DNA of 64,000 nt from assembly GCA_964566535.1 (NCBI GenBank), contig CAZMIO010000004.1, positions 1 to 64,000 of the forward strand. Direction: 5' to 3'. Shown one piece after another: positions 47,307 through 57,092 of the stretch. Both the position numbers and the translations under genes were made by a program. The stretch comes from an uncultured Methanosarcinales archaeon (lineage in GTDB: Archaea > Nanobdellota > Nanobdellia > Woesearchaeales > CAZOXR01). Position 1 is the first letter of the stretch. Each line of letters begins with the position of its first letter. The notes beneath the pieces were generated by a model. That model made no database searches. It was not told where the DNA came from and was given only the letters and a program-made list of their open reading frames with translations.

Positions 47307-49964
47307 ATGGCTGGTCGTACTAGGAGGGCAGTAAACTGGACAGGCAGAAAAGTAGCACAAGGAAGTAAGGCTACTTGGGGAGGGGCAAAAAAGGCAAGAA
47401 GTTTTGCTGCTGGTGAAATTAGGGATGCTGCTTCAGCTGGTAAGGATCAAGTAGTTGATGCTGGATGGCGTGTTCGTGATAAGGTAGGAGATGGGGTTGA
47501 TAAGATAGGGGCCGCAAAGGATAAAGCTATAGATAAAATAAAGGATGCTCCTGGATATGCCTGGGGAAAAGGTAAGCAATTGGCAGGGTTTGGTTTAGGT
47601 GCTGGGTGGAGAGGAGTTAAAGGTGGGGCTAGAGCAGTAACAACTGGTTATGGATTGATGATTTTTTTTGGGTTGATTATACATATATTTCAGGTTTATA
47701 CTTCTAGGTTTGGACTTCTAGAAAGAACGTCAGCTTACTATATGATGCATATTATTTTATTTATTGTACTTGCTATTTTATACAAGGATGATGTACTTCC
47801 ATTAGGGATTATTTTAGTTGTGTATATATTTTTGCCCGGTGTTGTTGCTCTTGCTGGTATTTCAGCTGGCAGCATTTTTGGGGGAGGGGTGAACAGCCAA
47901 ACATTTATAGCATTATATGTTACAACATTTATGTATCCTCTTTGGTTTTTGTATGGGTGTTATAAATCTGAAGCTGGATTGGCAAAGTTTATTTTTAATG
48001 GATTTTTAATTACTTTAGTTGTTCTATTGTTTTTAGGGTTATCTGAAGGAGCTTATTTTAATGATGCTTTAGATGGTTTAGGAGAGGATACTGGTGTTGC
48101 GCCTCAAATAAATTCAATATATAATGGTTTTAGAAGTATGTATACAAATATAAAGACTTTTATTGAGACTACACCTGAGAATTTGCGGAAAGCGCAGGAG
48201 GATCTATTAGAATATGCGACGGGAGACTATTATAAGGGTCGTGTTGAGGAGAATGTTCGCGAGCAGATAGGGGTGTATATAGAGAATGTGCAGTCAGCTG
48301 AGAAGGAGTTTTATGTTGGTGACAGGGTTATTGTTTGGGGGACTTTGAAGGCAAAGACTTTGGATGAGACTGAGAAGTTTACTGTTGAAGCAGGCTGTGT
48401 GACTGATGAGGATGATGATAAGAATCCTGGTGAGGGTGGAGATATTAAACCTGGAAAACTTAAGAAGTTTAAAGTACAATCCTATGATGAGGAAGAGTTT
48501 AGCTGTGAATTTGAAGAAAATGAATTGGATAAAGGGACACATAAGATTTTACTGAATGCTGATTTTGATTTTACAACAATGGCTTATTTAAGAACTTATT
48601 TTATGGATGATAAAAGGAGAAGGGCAATGTTAAGAGAGGGTGCTGACATTCTTGGCAGCTTTAAGGTTAGTGAGAGAGATCCAATTGCAGTTTTTACAAA
48701 TGGACCTGTTAAGATCGGAGCTGAGACAACAAAGGCATTGCCTGTTGGTGTTTATGCGGGGAAGACTGTAAGGTTAGGTGTAACTTTAGAGAATCAATGG
48801 GAAGGAAAGATAAAACAAGTTAGGAGTATGACTATTGAAATTCCTGATGAGCTTGAGATTGATAGTTGTGATGAAGGGTATGATGCTAGTAAATCTGGTC
48901 CTGTTGAGGGAGGATTTATGAGATATGTTTTTGATTTTGAAGGAGATCCTAAATATCAAGATATTGATAAGTTTAGGTCAGTTAATTGTATTTTAACTGT
49001 TGGTCCAAGTTTTGAAGGACTTTTAGGAGATACTCTTCATCCGGCAACCAAGTACTATAGGATAAATGCTCATTATGATTACAGACTTGAGAGGCCTTTT
49101 GATATTGAGGTTAGGGATGCTAAGGGAGAGGGTGAAGGTGGTGGAGATACTAGTGGTGATGGTACGGATGGTGTTGATGATGGTGATGGTGCTGATGCGG
49201 ATGGTGGAGAAGTTGATGTCTCCTTTAGTAATGTTGATGATTTGAAATTTGTTGATTATGAAACTGGGGAAGAAGTTAGTGGTCCATTTAGTATGCCCTC
49301 TGAAGATAGACTTCTACTTTATCTTTGGTGGACATTGCCAAATATTGAGGATACGACAAAAAAAGTTAGTGGATATTTAATTAAGATATCTGAAGAAGTT
49401 ATAAGTAAGGGTAATTGGGATGAAATAAATTTATATAATGATATTGATTTTGCCGAACCTTTAAGTAACGAACGGAATAATCTGCTTTATAATTCAATTA
49501 TTGCAATCGCTGATGACGGATTTGAACCAGGTAGTAAAACTTTTTATTTAGGTATTAGACCGTATTTTGGAGATACTAATGATTTGGGTCCATTATCTAA
49601 TGTAGTAAGGTTTGAAGTTAACAAAATAGATGTTATTCCTCCTGCAAAGATAACTGAGTTAAGTGCTTCTATTTTTACTGGTTTTGGAAACGATGTGACC
49701 ATTGAATGGAAGGTGCCAGCGGATGATGGGATAATAGATAAATATGAGATAAGGCATTCGACTGATTCAACCAGTAATGAATGGGAAGATTTTGATTTCT
49801 TATTAGAACATCCTTCTGGGAATGAGGAGGCAGGGTCTGATATGTCTACTATTGATTTAAGTAGAGAAGAAGGAGTGCATTATTATGCTATAAAGGCAGT
49901 TGATGAAAGTGGGAATTGGGGAGAAATGTCTGATATTATTGCTGTAACGATTGATACAGATTAA
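47307..49964 (+). CDS. Large multi-pass membrane protein with Gly/Ala/Lys-rich N-terminus and C-terminal FN3-like domains
   Basis: ~5-6 TM helices at residues ~115-250; 'PPAKITELSA...VTIEWKVPADDG...YYAIKAVDESGNWGEMS'. Confidence 0.75.
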   Translation: MAGRTRRAVNWTGRKVAQGSKATWGGAKKARSFAAGEIRDAASAGKDQVVDAGWRVRDKVGDGVDKIGAAKDKAIDKIKDAPGYAWGKGKQLAGFGLGAGWRGVKGGARAVTTGYGLMIFFGLIIHIFQVYTSRFGLLERTSAYYMMHIILFIVLAILYKDDVLPLGIILVVYIFLPGVVALAGISAGSIFGGGVNSQTFIALYVTTFMYPLWFLYGCYKSEAGLAKFIFNGFLITLVVLLFLGLSEGAYFNDALDGLGEDTGVAPQINSIYNGFRSMYTNIKTFIETTPENLRKAQEDLLEYATGDYYKGRVEENVREQIGVYIENVQSAEKEFYVGDRVIVWGTLKAKTLDETEKFTVEAGCVTDEDDDKNPGEGGDIKPGKLKKFKVQSYDEEEFSCEFEENELDKGTHKILLNADFDFTTMAYLRTYFMDDKRRRAMLREGADILGSFKVSERDPIAVFTNGPVKIGAETTKALPVGVYAGKTVRLGVTLENQWEGKIKQVRSMTIEIPDELEIDSCDEGYDASKSGPVEGGFMRYVFDFEGDPKYQDIDKFRSVNCILTVGPSFEGLLGDTLHPATKYYRINAHYDYRLERPFDIEVRDAKGEGEGGGDTSGDGTDGVDDGDGADADGGEVDVSFSNVDDLKFVDYETGEEVSGPFSMPSEDRLLLYLWWTLPNIEDTTKKVSGYLIKISEEVISKGNWDEINLYNDIDFAEPLSNERNNLLYNSIIAIADDGFEPGSKTFYLGIRPYFGDTNDLGPLSNVVRFEVNKIDVIPPAKITELSASIFTGFGNDVTIEWKVPADDGIIDKYEIRHSTDSTSNEWEDFDFLLEHPSGNEEAGSDMSTIDLSREEGVHYYAIKAVDESGNWGEMSDIIAVTIDTD

Positions 49965-49965
49965 A

Positions 49966-51018
49966 ATGCAAACAAAAAAACTAATTTGGTTGTTGGTGGT
50001 TGTGGTAGTTTTGGCTGGGTGTGGTCAGAGGGGAGGAGGGGATACTCCAATAAAGAAAGAAGAGGTTTATACTGGCACTGAAGGTATAGTTATGAAGATG
50101 TTTAATGTGCCTGAGACAGTTGGTCAGAATGAGATATTTACAGCTGGGTTAGAAGTAGAGAACAAGGGAGCTTATCCTGATGATGAGGATAATTTTAAAG
50201 GCTATCTAGCTTTAGGATTGGATGGAGATCATATGGAAATCAAGGCTAATGGCTGGCGGAAGGATGAATGGGTGTATGGAAAAATTGGAGAGAATATTAA
50301 CGATAAAACAGTTAGATTTCAGGTTAAGGGAAAAACTCTTGATAATCCTTTAGGTGGGCTAGGGGTAACTGTTGTTACGCTGAATGCTAGGGAGCTAAGA
50401 GAAGATCAAAGCCAGTACCGTGATGTTGATGTTTTGATGACAGCCTGCTATAGATATCAGACAAAAGCTGTTCCAACTGTTTGTGTGGATTCATCACAAT
50501 TTAATTTAGTTGAGAAAGAGAAAGCCTGCGAAGTTGAAGATATTAAGCTGAAGGATCAGGGAGCTCCAATTGCTGTAACTAACATAGAACCTTCTATGCT
50601 GTATGATGATAGTGGAAATATAAAACCTATGTTTTTGATAACAATAGAGAATAAGGGAGATGGAGAGGTTATTAGTACGATGGAGATTGTTAGGGATGAA
50701 AAGGAGAAAATTAAAGAGGTAGATGGAAAAGTTGTGATTAAGTATAATGATAATATAATCCAGAAGATGTGCACATCACAAGGAGTAGATTATACTGAGT
50801 TTAATTCTGCTTTTATTACTGTTAAATTGAGGGGAACTCCTCTGGACTGTTCGCCTTATAGCGGCGTAATAAGGTTAAAGGAGGATGAGGGTATTGCAAG
50901 GTGTGTGCTGACGGATGGTATTGCGGAAGGAACTACTTATACAACTCCTTTAGAGATTACACTGGATTATGGCTATATGTCCACAGTTTCAGAGAAAGTA
51001 AGGGTTGAGAGGCGGTAA
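49966..51018 (+). CDS. Lipoprotein, paralog family member 1
   Basis: Lipobox LAGC; 'ACYRYQTKAVPTVCVD...QGAPIAV...LDYGY'. Confidence 0.75.
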   Translation: MQTKKLIWLLVVVVVLAGCGQRGGGDTPIKKEEVYTGTEGIVMKMFNVPETVGQNEIFTAGLEVENKGAYPDDEDNFKGYLALGLDGDHMEIKANGWRKDEWVYGKIGENINDKTVRFQVKGKTLDNPLGGLGVTVVTLNARELREDQSQYRDVDVLMTACYRYQTKAVPTVCVDSSQFNLVEKEKACEVEDIKLKDQGAPIAVTNIEPSMLYDDSGNIKPMFLITIENKGDGEVISTMEIVRDEKEKIKEVDGKVVIKYNDNIIQKMCTSQGVDYTEFNSAFITVKLRGTPLDCSPYSGVIRLKEDEGIARCVLTDGIAEGTTYTTPLEITLDYGYMSTVSEKVRVERR

Positions 51019-51082
51019 AGGCGTATCGTAACGAAACATTTATATAATAAAATCATGAAGTTAATATTTGGTAGTAATTAAA

Positions 51083-52201
51083 ATGAATAAAAAGACGTGG
51101 TGTATTATCGTAGTTGCTATAGTTGCTATTTTCTTGAGTGGATGCGGTCAGTTAGGTAATAACGATGAACCCACTAAAACTACTAATTATAGGGTTGGGA
51201 CTAAAGGATTGACTATAGATGTTCTTAATGCTCCTGATAGAATTTATGAAGGAGATCAACTTCAAATGATTATTGAGGTTGCTAATGATGGTGCGTATCC
51301 TCAACCAGATGGTAAGGGCGGTTTTGAAGGTGCTTTTAGCGCATATCTATGGTTTGGGGGTTATGATCCAAATATTTTATACATTACAGATGAATCAGAT
51401 ATAAGTGATATATCTGGTAAGGCAAAGACATATTCAAGTAAGGATGATGGTGCTAGATTGGGTCCTGTAAGAGACCCTACGGCCGGTGGAAGTGGAGGCA
51501 CTATTGTTAAAAGGTATGTAGACTTAACTACTACTGAGGGTATCTTATTAGAAGGAAAAAATCCATTAAATGTTGATGGAGGATTTAAGTCGTTTTTAGT
51601 TAATCTTAATGTAGATGATAACTCTCTTCCGAGTGCTACTCCTTCATATCCTACTCCTATTTTAATTGATTTAACATATAGATATAAGACATTTGCATCC
51701 CCTCTAGTGTGTATAGATTCTGACCCTGGAAGTACTTCAGTTAGAGAAAAAGTATGTGATGTTGGGCAATATAATGTGATTCCAACAGCGTCTCAAGGAG
51801 CCCCTGTTGCTGTTAGTAGAGTTGAGACAGAAGCGGCCCGTAATAGTCTAATAGTTAGGATATTTGTTGATAATGTGGGTGGTGGGAGAGTTATACCTTT
51901 GGTTGGCTCTACTGGTACTCTAGATTTTACTGATGATCCAAATAATGGTTATAGATACAGTTCACTAAATAAAGTGCTGATTAACGATGTGAAAATTTCA
52001 GGGGTTGGTTCTGCTGCAACATGTACTCCAGGCAAAACAGAGTTTATTGATGTTGATAGGGGAAGAGGGTACATTCTCTGTAGATTTGATCTAACTAGTT
52101 TAGGTAGTAGAGTTTACGAAACCCCTTTAGAAATTGAATTAGAGTATGGTTATCAGACTTCAATAAGAAAGGATATAGAAGTATTGGAAAGGATTATTTA
52201 A
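51083..52201 (+). CDS. Lipoprotein, paralog family member 2
   Basis: Lipobox LSGC; 'YRYKTFASPLVCID...QGAPVAV...LEYGY'. Confidence 0.75.
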   Translation: MNKKTWCIIVVAIVAIFLSGCGQLGNNDEPTKTTNYRVGTKGLTIDVLNAPDRIYEGDQLQMIIEVANDGAYPQPDGKGGFEGAFSAYLWFGGYDPNILYITDESDISDISGKAKTYSSKDDGARLGPVRDPTAGGSGGTIVKRYVDLTTTEGILLEGKNPLNVDGGFKSFLVNLNVDDNSLPSATPSYPTPILIDLTYRYKTFASPLVCIDSDPGSTSVREKVCDVGQYNVIPTASQGAPVAVSRVETEAARNSLIVRIFVDNVGGGRVIPLVGSTGTLDFTDDPNNGYRYSSLNKVLINDVKISGVGSAATCTPGKTEFIDVDRGRGYILCRFDLTSLGSRVYETPLEIELEYGYQTSIRKDIEVLERII

Positions 52202-52266
52202 ACAGTTAATTATAAATATAAGTAAAGGTATATTTAGCTATAATCATAAAAATGGAGGATGTTAAG

Positions 52267-53223
52267 ATGAAAAAATACCTAATTGCTGTTCTTGGTTTGA
52301 TTTTGTTTATTGCTGGTTGTGCTGGTGGCGATGCCCCAATATCAACAGCTGGAAAGCCATTTATTGGCGGAACAGATGCTATTGAATTTAACTTTTTAGA
52401 AGGAGCGCCACCACCTGAAGTGTATGATAAGGGAGAGTTTCCTTTTGAGATTACATTAAATGTTGAGAACAAAGGAGAACATGATTTAGTTGCAAATGAT
52501 ATTAAACTATCTTTATTGGGTTTTTATCCTACTGATTTTGGTGTACAATCTGCAGATATAACCAAAAAATTGAACGAAGAATTAACTGGGGCATACATTG
52601 ATTCTGAGGGAAATGAGATTCCTGGAGGAGTGACTTACGTGACTTTTGGAGATGCTGATGGATTTAGTTATACTCCCGAGTTGAAAGGCAATAATGAGTT
52701 TCCAGTTAGGGCAGAGGCTTGTTATAAGTATGGGACAGAGGCACAAGCTGATTTATGTTTCTTAAAGGATTTAACAGACACTAGAGACACAGTATGTGCT
52801 GTAAATGAGAATAAAGTAATTGAGAGTTCAAGTGCTCCAATCCAGATAGAGAATTTACAAGAAAATGTTGCTGGAGCTGATAAGATAACTTTCTCATTTG
52901 AGGTAGTACATAGGGGAACAGGAGCAATATCTGATCTTAGGACAGATGCTAATGGGCCAATATGTAGCGATGAGTTAGGTGAGAAAAACAAAGTTAAAGT
53001 GCTTGTTACAGGTCTTGAAGATTTAATAGACGGAACTCTTGATTGTGGCGGTATTGATGCTAATGACTATGCGACCCTATATGGTGGCAAAAGAATTGTA
53101 AGGTGTACTGCTAACTTAAAAGCAAGATCAAGTGATTTCGAGAGAAAGGTTTTTGTTGACTTAGAGTATAATTACAAGGAACACAAAGACACAAAGATTT
53201 TAGTAAAGCACGTAACTGGTTAA
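52267..53223 (+). CDS. Lipoprotein, paralog family member 3
   Basis: Lipobox IAGC; 'ACYKYGTEAQADLC...SSAPIQI...LEYNY'. Confidence 0.75.
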   Translation: MKKYLIAVLGLILFIAGCAGGDAPISTAGKPFIGGTDAIEFNFLEGAPPPEVYDKGEFPFEITLNVENKGEHDLVANDIKLSLLGFYPTDFGVQSADITKKLNEELTGAYIDSEGNEIPGGVTYVTFGDADGFSYTPELKGNNEFPVRAEACYKYGTEAQADLCFLKDLTDTRDTVCAVNENKVIESSSAPIQIENLQENVAGADKITFSFEVVHRGTGAISDLRTDANGPICSDELGEKNKVKVLVTGLEDLIDGTLDCGGIDANDYATLYGGKRIVRCTANLKARSSDFERKVFVDLEYNYKEHKDTKILVKHVTG

Positions 53224-53239
53224 TTTTTTTATTTTTTTT

Positions 53240-55786
53240 CTAATTTGTTATAAGAACTACTTGTGAGAGTAATGTTTCTAACTGAATAAATTCATCTGAC
53301 CCTTCTGTCATCCTAAACTCTATTTCACCGCACTTTTCGACCAATTCCATCTTTTTTCTACCATCTAACTCCAAGTCTAAAATTGCCTTTTGGATTTGCT
53401 TTATCATATCAATTCCAGATAAACCATAGTTAAGCATTGTATCTAATAGTTTTTTTCTTGCTTCTATGAAATTATTCTTAAGACACAAATTTAAAATATC
53501 TTTTACTTCTTCTGGCCTTGCAGATGAGACTAATGAATAAATTAGTTCTTCATTTATTTCTTTGCTAATTGCAGCAGACGATTGCAATATATTTTCAAGT
53601 TTTCTACAGTCCCCTCCAGATATTTCATAAAGTGCTTCCTTAACTGAATCTGTAATTTTAAGCTGTTCTTGTTCTGCTATTATGTTAATTAACTCAATTA
53701 TCTCCTCTTTGTCCAACGGCTTAAATCTAAATACAGCACATCTACTTTGGATAGGATCAATTATTTTTGATGAGTAATTTGCACTTAAAATAAATCTAGT
53801 AGTTCTAGTATAATTCTCCATCGTTCTTCTTAGAGCTTGCTGAGCTTCTCTCGTTAGGGCGTCGCAGTTATGGACAACAATGTCATTTGCAATGAATCTT
53901 TTATTTTCTGTTGATAAACAATAAACATATCCTGGATCTTCTATCTTTTCAATAGACGTTAGATAATGATAAGCTGAATCTCCCATCTTTAATCTTTCTC
54001 TCCATTCTTTGAAGTGAGGTACTGGTCTAAATGTGTATATGTACTTCCCTAATCCTTTTTTCCATTCCAAATATCTTATTACCTCTTTAGAAGTTCTATC
54101 TTTATATGTGCAATATCTATAACCTATTTTGGTTAGGAACTTATATATGTTCTCCATAGAATTGGTTATCCAAATTCTACCTTCAATCGTCTTTGTTTTA
54201 TCTTTTCTTAATGATTTATAGCCAGGACATATCCTATATTTTGTATTTATTCCAAGATCTTTGAATAGTTTCTGAATTTGTTCTAAGTAATCTATCAAGT
54301 CGTCTTTTAAATCTTCTCTTTTGGATATACCTACTGTGATAGGTTTAACTGTTCTTCCTTGAAATTTAGGCTCATATCCATCCCCTCCTAAAAATGCTGC
54401 AAGATACTCAATTTTAATTGAATCTTCACCGCCCATAATCCAAGAGGGTATTTTTACAATGTTATCGGTTTTTTTACCTACAGGTGCACCTAGAGAATAA
54501 AACAAACTTAATAATTCTATCTTATAAGCACCAAATGACCAACATTCTCCTTTTTTCCATCTGGAATGTCTTATATTACCTAATGCATGGTATCCTATCT
54601 TATTAATGTCATTCTTTATTTCTTTAAGATCTTCTTCTTTTCCTGAAAAGAAAAGTTGTTTTGTTTTTAGTGAGAGACATCCGTCACTAAATAGGTGCCC
54701 AAGGAGTCTTGCACAGACTTTGGCATTTTCTAATTTTAGAGGAAATAATTCTTTATTTTTCAATTGTGTTAGTATATATTCTTGATTAGAATTATTTTGA
54801 GTTCTTTTTTTTGTATATAAATTATCCAATGATTTACCAACATTATTTACCAAATAAAACTTTTTATCTTCTTTTTTAACAATTCCTTCCTTAATTAATG
54901 AAATATAATAAGGATTGTTTTTATCGCTTAGAATAGATGTTATCTTTGCAGAACTAACATTACTTTCTTTTGTGATTTCTTCTCTTATCAATCCTTGCGG
55001 AAATTTCCCTAATAGCTCAATAATTTCTTTTTCAGGAGATTTTCCAATGTATCTTTCTTTCTTTCTAATTTCTTGACATAATCCTATTAGATTGTAGTTA
55101 ATTATCCCGGATGTGGAGATATCTGAATTTTCAAGAGCAGGTTTTATTTGAGGACATAATATCAAATCCTTGATTTTAAGTTGGTCTGCTCTTTTCCAGC
55201 CACCTATTGTTAAAAATTCATGATTTCCCGTTGCTAGAATTTCTTTATTATGTATTTTAATCTTATAAAATCCTTGATTTGATTGGTGAGGTATTTTCAT
55301 GACCCCTAATGTGTTAAGGAAAATAAGCTCACCATTATCATCTATCGAGAGAGTTTTATATTCTTTAAAATCATAATTGGCAACGAAATCACCTAATTTA
55401 ACATTCTTAATTTCATTGTCCGATTTTATAGTTATCATCGAATCATAAGCTAAACATTCATCCAAATAAATTATCTTGAATGGAACATCTCCAATTGCTC
55501 TTGTTCTTGCAAAATCCTTTACTTTGTTTCTGATGATGTCAATTCCTCTTTCATCAGATGCATTTAACTCTAGAAAGTTTTGGTGCCAATCTTTATCAAA
55601 TAGTTTTTTTGCAATTACTAATGATAATGAAGTTTTTCCTATTCCTGCCGGACCTGCGAATAACAAATGAGGCATGTTTTTTTGTTCGACAAATGCCTTT
55701 ATTCGTTTGACTATCTCTTTCTGACCTTTTATGTCTGAGAACTCTTTTGGCCTGTATTTTTCAGTCCAGATTGCATTAGATTCCAT
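53240..55786 (-). CDS. rfcS: Replication factor C small subunit with one intein
   Basis: 'WTEKYRP', GPAGIGKT, 'ELNASDERG', LDE|CDALT, 'IQSRC'. Confidence 0.97.
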   Translation of the reverse strand: MESNAIWTEKYRPKEFSDIKGQKEIVKRIKAFVEQKNMPHLLFAGPAGIGKTSLSLVIAKKLFDKDWHQNFLELNASDERGIDIIRNKVKDFARTRAIGDVPFKIIYLDECLAYDSMITIKSDNEIKNVKLGDFVANYDFKEYKTLSIDDNGELIFLNTLGVMKIPHQSNQGFYKIKIHNKEILATGNHEFLTIGGWKRADQLKIKDLILCPQIKPALENSDISTSGIINYNLIGLCQEIRKKERYIGKSPEKEIIELLGKFPQGLIREEITKESNVSSAKITSILSDKNNPYYISLIKEGIVKKEDKKFYLVNNVGKSLDNLYTKKRTQNNSNQEYILTQLKNKELFPLKLENAKVCARLLGHLFSDGCLSLKTKQLFFSGKEEDLKEIKNDINKIGYHALGNIRHSRWKKGECWSFGAYKIELLSLFYSLGAPVGKKTDNIVKIPSWIMGGEDSIKIEYLAAFLGGDGYEPKFQGRTVKPITVGISKREDLKDDLIDYLEQIQKLFKDLGINTKYRICPGYKSLRKDKTKTIEGRIWITNSMENIYKFLTKIGYRYCTYKDRTSKEVIRYLEWKKGLGKYIYTFRPVPHFKEWRERLKMGDSAYHYLTSIEKIEDPGYVYCLSTENKRFIANDIVVHNCDALTREAQQALRRTMENYTRTTRFILSANYSSKIIDPIQSRCAVFRFKPLDKEEIIELINIIAEQEQLKITDSVKEALYEISGGDCRKLENILQSSAAISKEINEELIYSLVSSARPEEVKDILNLCLKNNFIEARKKLLDTMLNYGLSGIDMIKQIQKAILDLELDGRKKMELVEKCGEIEFRMTEGSDEFIQLETLLSQVVLITN
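53867..55456 (-). mobile_element. Intein (530 aa) with LAGLIDADG endonuclease and wHTH insert, in the RFC Walker B
   Basis: Begins CLAYDS after YLDE; block B TGNHEF; LLGHLFSDG and YLAAFLGGDG; ends IVVHN followed by Cys. Confidence 0.93.
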
Positions 55787-55839
55787 TATTTTATGGGAAC
55801 GTATATCGGTTTAAAAAGTTTTATTTTTTTAGAAAAAAA

Positions 55840-56103
55840 TTAAACAATATCTTCTTCAGCAATAACCATAAAATCGCCAATTGCGATGACTGCTGAGAAA
55901 GGTATTAGAATTTTGCCTTCTTTGTTCTTTTCTAGCTCTAGTTTTTGAGTGTAAGATGTTGGATTACTTAATACCATGTGAATGAGCTCTCCAGAACGTG
56001 TTTCAAAGATTATATCTCCAACTTCACCAAATCTTTTTCCTGTTTTGCTGACCACAGTCTTGCTAATTAATTGTTTTGAAAATTTTTTATCTTCTTCAGC
56101 CAT
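55840..56103 (-). CDS. PRC-barrel domain protein (CdpB-like)
   Basis: 'KTVVSKTGKRFGEVGDIIFETRSGEL...IPFSAVIAIGDFMVI'. Confidence 0.85.
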   Translation of the reverse strand: MAEEDKKFSKQLISKTVVSKTGKRFGEVGDIIFETRSGELIHMVLSNPTSYTQKLELEKNKEGKILIPFSAVIAIGDFMVIAEEDIV

Positions 56104-56179
56104 AAAAATCCCTTTTCTATATTAGTATGGTAATGAATGAACCTAGTTATATATAAACTTTTTGCTTCAATGAAATAGA

Positions 56180-57037
56180 TTATTTATTGCCGAGTAGTTG
56201 TAATTCCCTCATGCGCTTTTCAATTGTTTTTTGGTTAAAACAATGTTCTTTTATGCCACATTTGTTGCATTTATTCTGATTCTTTTCAAAATCAGGAATA
56301 ATCTTTCCACTTAGTAATGATTTTACTTTTTTTATTAATTCTAATACTTCTTCCCTTAGAAACGGATTGATTGATATGTGTCTGCGTTGCTTTGTGTCTA
56401 AATAAGTTATGAAACCTTCTTTTACTTGAGTATTATGATGTTCTTCTAACAGTAATGAGTATGCTGCTAACTGGATCTTATGGTTGGGCCATACTCCCTC
56501 TTTTGGACAAGAGCCAGTTTTGAGCTCAATTGGTACCATTCCTTTTTCATAGACCTCAATTTGGTCTACAATGCCCCTAAGGCCCAGTTTATCTGATGAG
56601 ATGCGTTGTTCAGATATTATTTTAGGAGTTAGTTTTTCCCACAACTCTTTTCCATATATCTTATTGAGTTGGATAAATCCCAATATGTTGAATGCTCTTG
56701 TTTCTGATTCATCTTTAATTAATGGCCATACGCTTTTGAAGAGATCTTCTGGCTTAACATTGAATTTTGCTAAACTATTTTTGTTTTTTCTTATTGCTTC
56801 TCTTGTTATCTCAGTGTAATTGAGCTCATATAATCTTCTTATCTGCTCAAAATCTAGTTTTTTTGTAATCGAGATTACAATTGACTCTTCTTTTTCGTTA
56901 ATTGCTTCGTAGATCTTATGTCTGATGGAGCCCTTTATTGTCGCTTCCTTCATCGGCTCAAAGAACTTTAGAACATATTGAAGATAGAGCTTACGCTGGC
57001 AGTACGAATAAGATGACAGTGCCGAAACCGAAATCAT
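56180..57037 (-). CDS. Solo Cas4/Dna2-like PD-(D/E)xK nuclease with Fe-S cluster
   Basis: N-terminal 'YCQRK', 'LRGIVD', 'PIELKTG', 'QLAAY', C-terminal CxxC-x5-C; no cas genes or array nearby. Confidence 0.88.
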   Translation of the reverse strand: MISVSALSSYSYCQRKLYLQYVLKFFEPMKEATIKGSIRHKIYEAINEKEESIVISITKKLDFEQIRRLYELNYTEITREAIRKNKNSLAKFNVKPEDLFKSVWPLIKDESETRAFNILGFIQLNKIYGKELWEKLTPKIISEQRISSDKLGLRGIVDQIEVYEKGMVPIELKTGSCPKEGVWPNHKIQLAAYSLLLEEHHNTQVKEGFITYLDTKQRRHISINPFLREEVLELIKKVKSLLSGKIIPDFEKNQNKCNKCGIKEHCFNQKTIEKRMRELQLLGNK

Positions 57038-57069
57038 TGTTTTTAGAATTTTGAGGAGGTTTATATATG

Positions 57070-57092
57070 TTTTGAGGGTGTTTGTCCAGTGG
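57070..57092. repeat. 23-bp element, copy 2
   Basis: ttttgagggtgtttgtccagtgg, identical to 28179-28201. Confidence 0.9.

Noticed and set aside
49120..49215. GGTGAT-like repeats in the 885-aa gene
   Set aside because: Encode an ordinary Gly/Asp low-complexity linker
56180..57037. CRISPR-Cas system
   Set aside because: Only a solo Cas4-like gene; no cas1/cas2, effector genes or repeat-spacer array seen in the window
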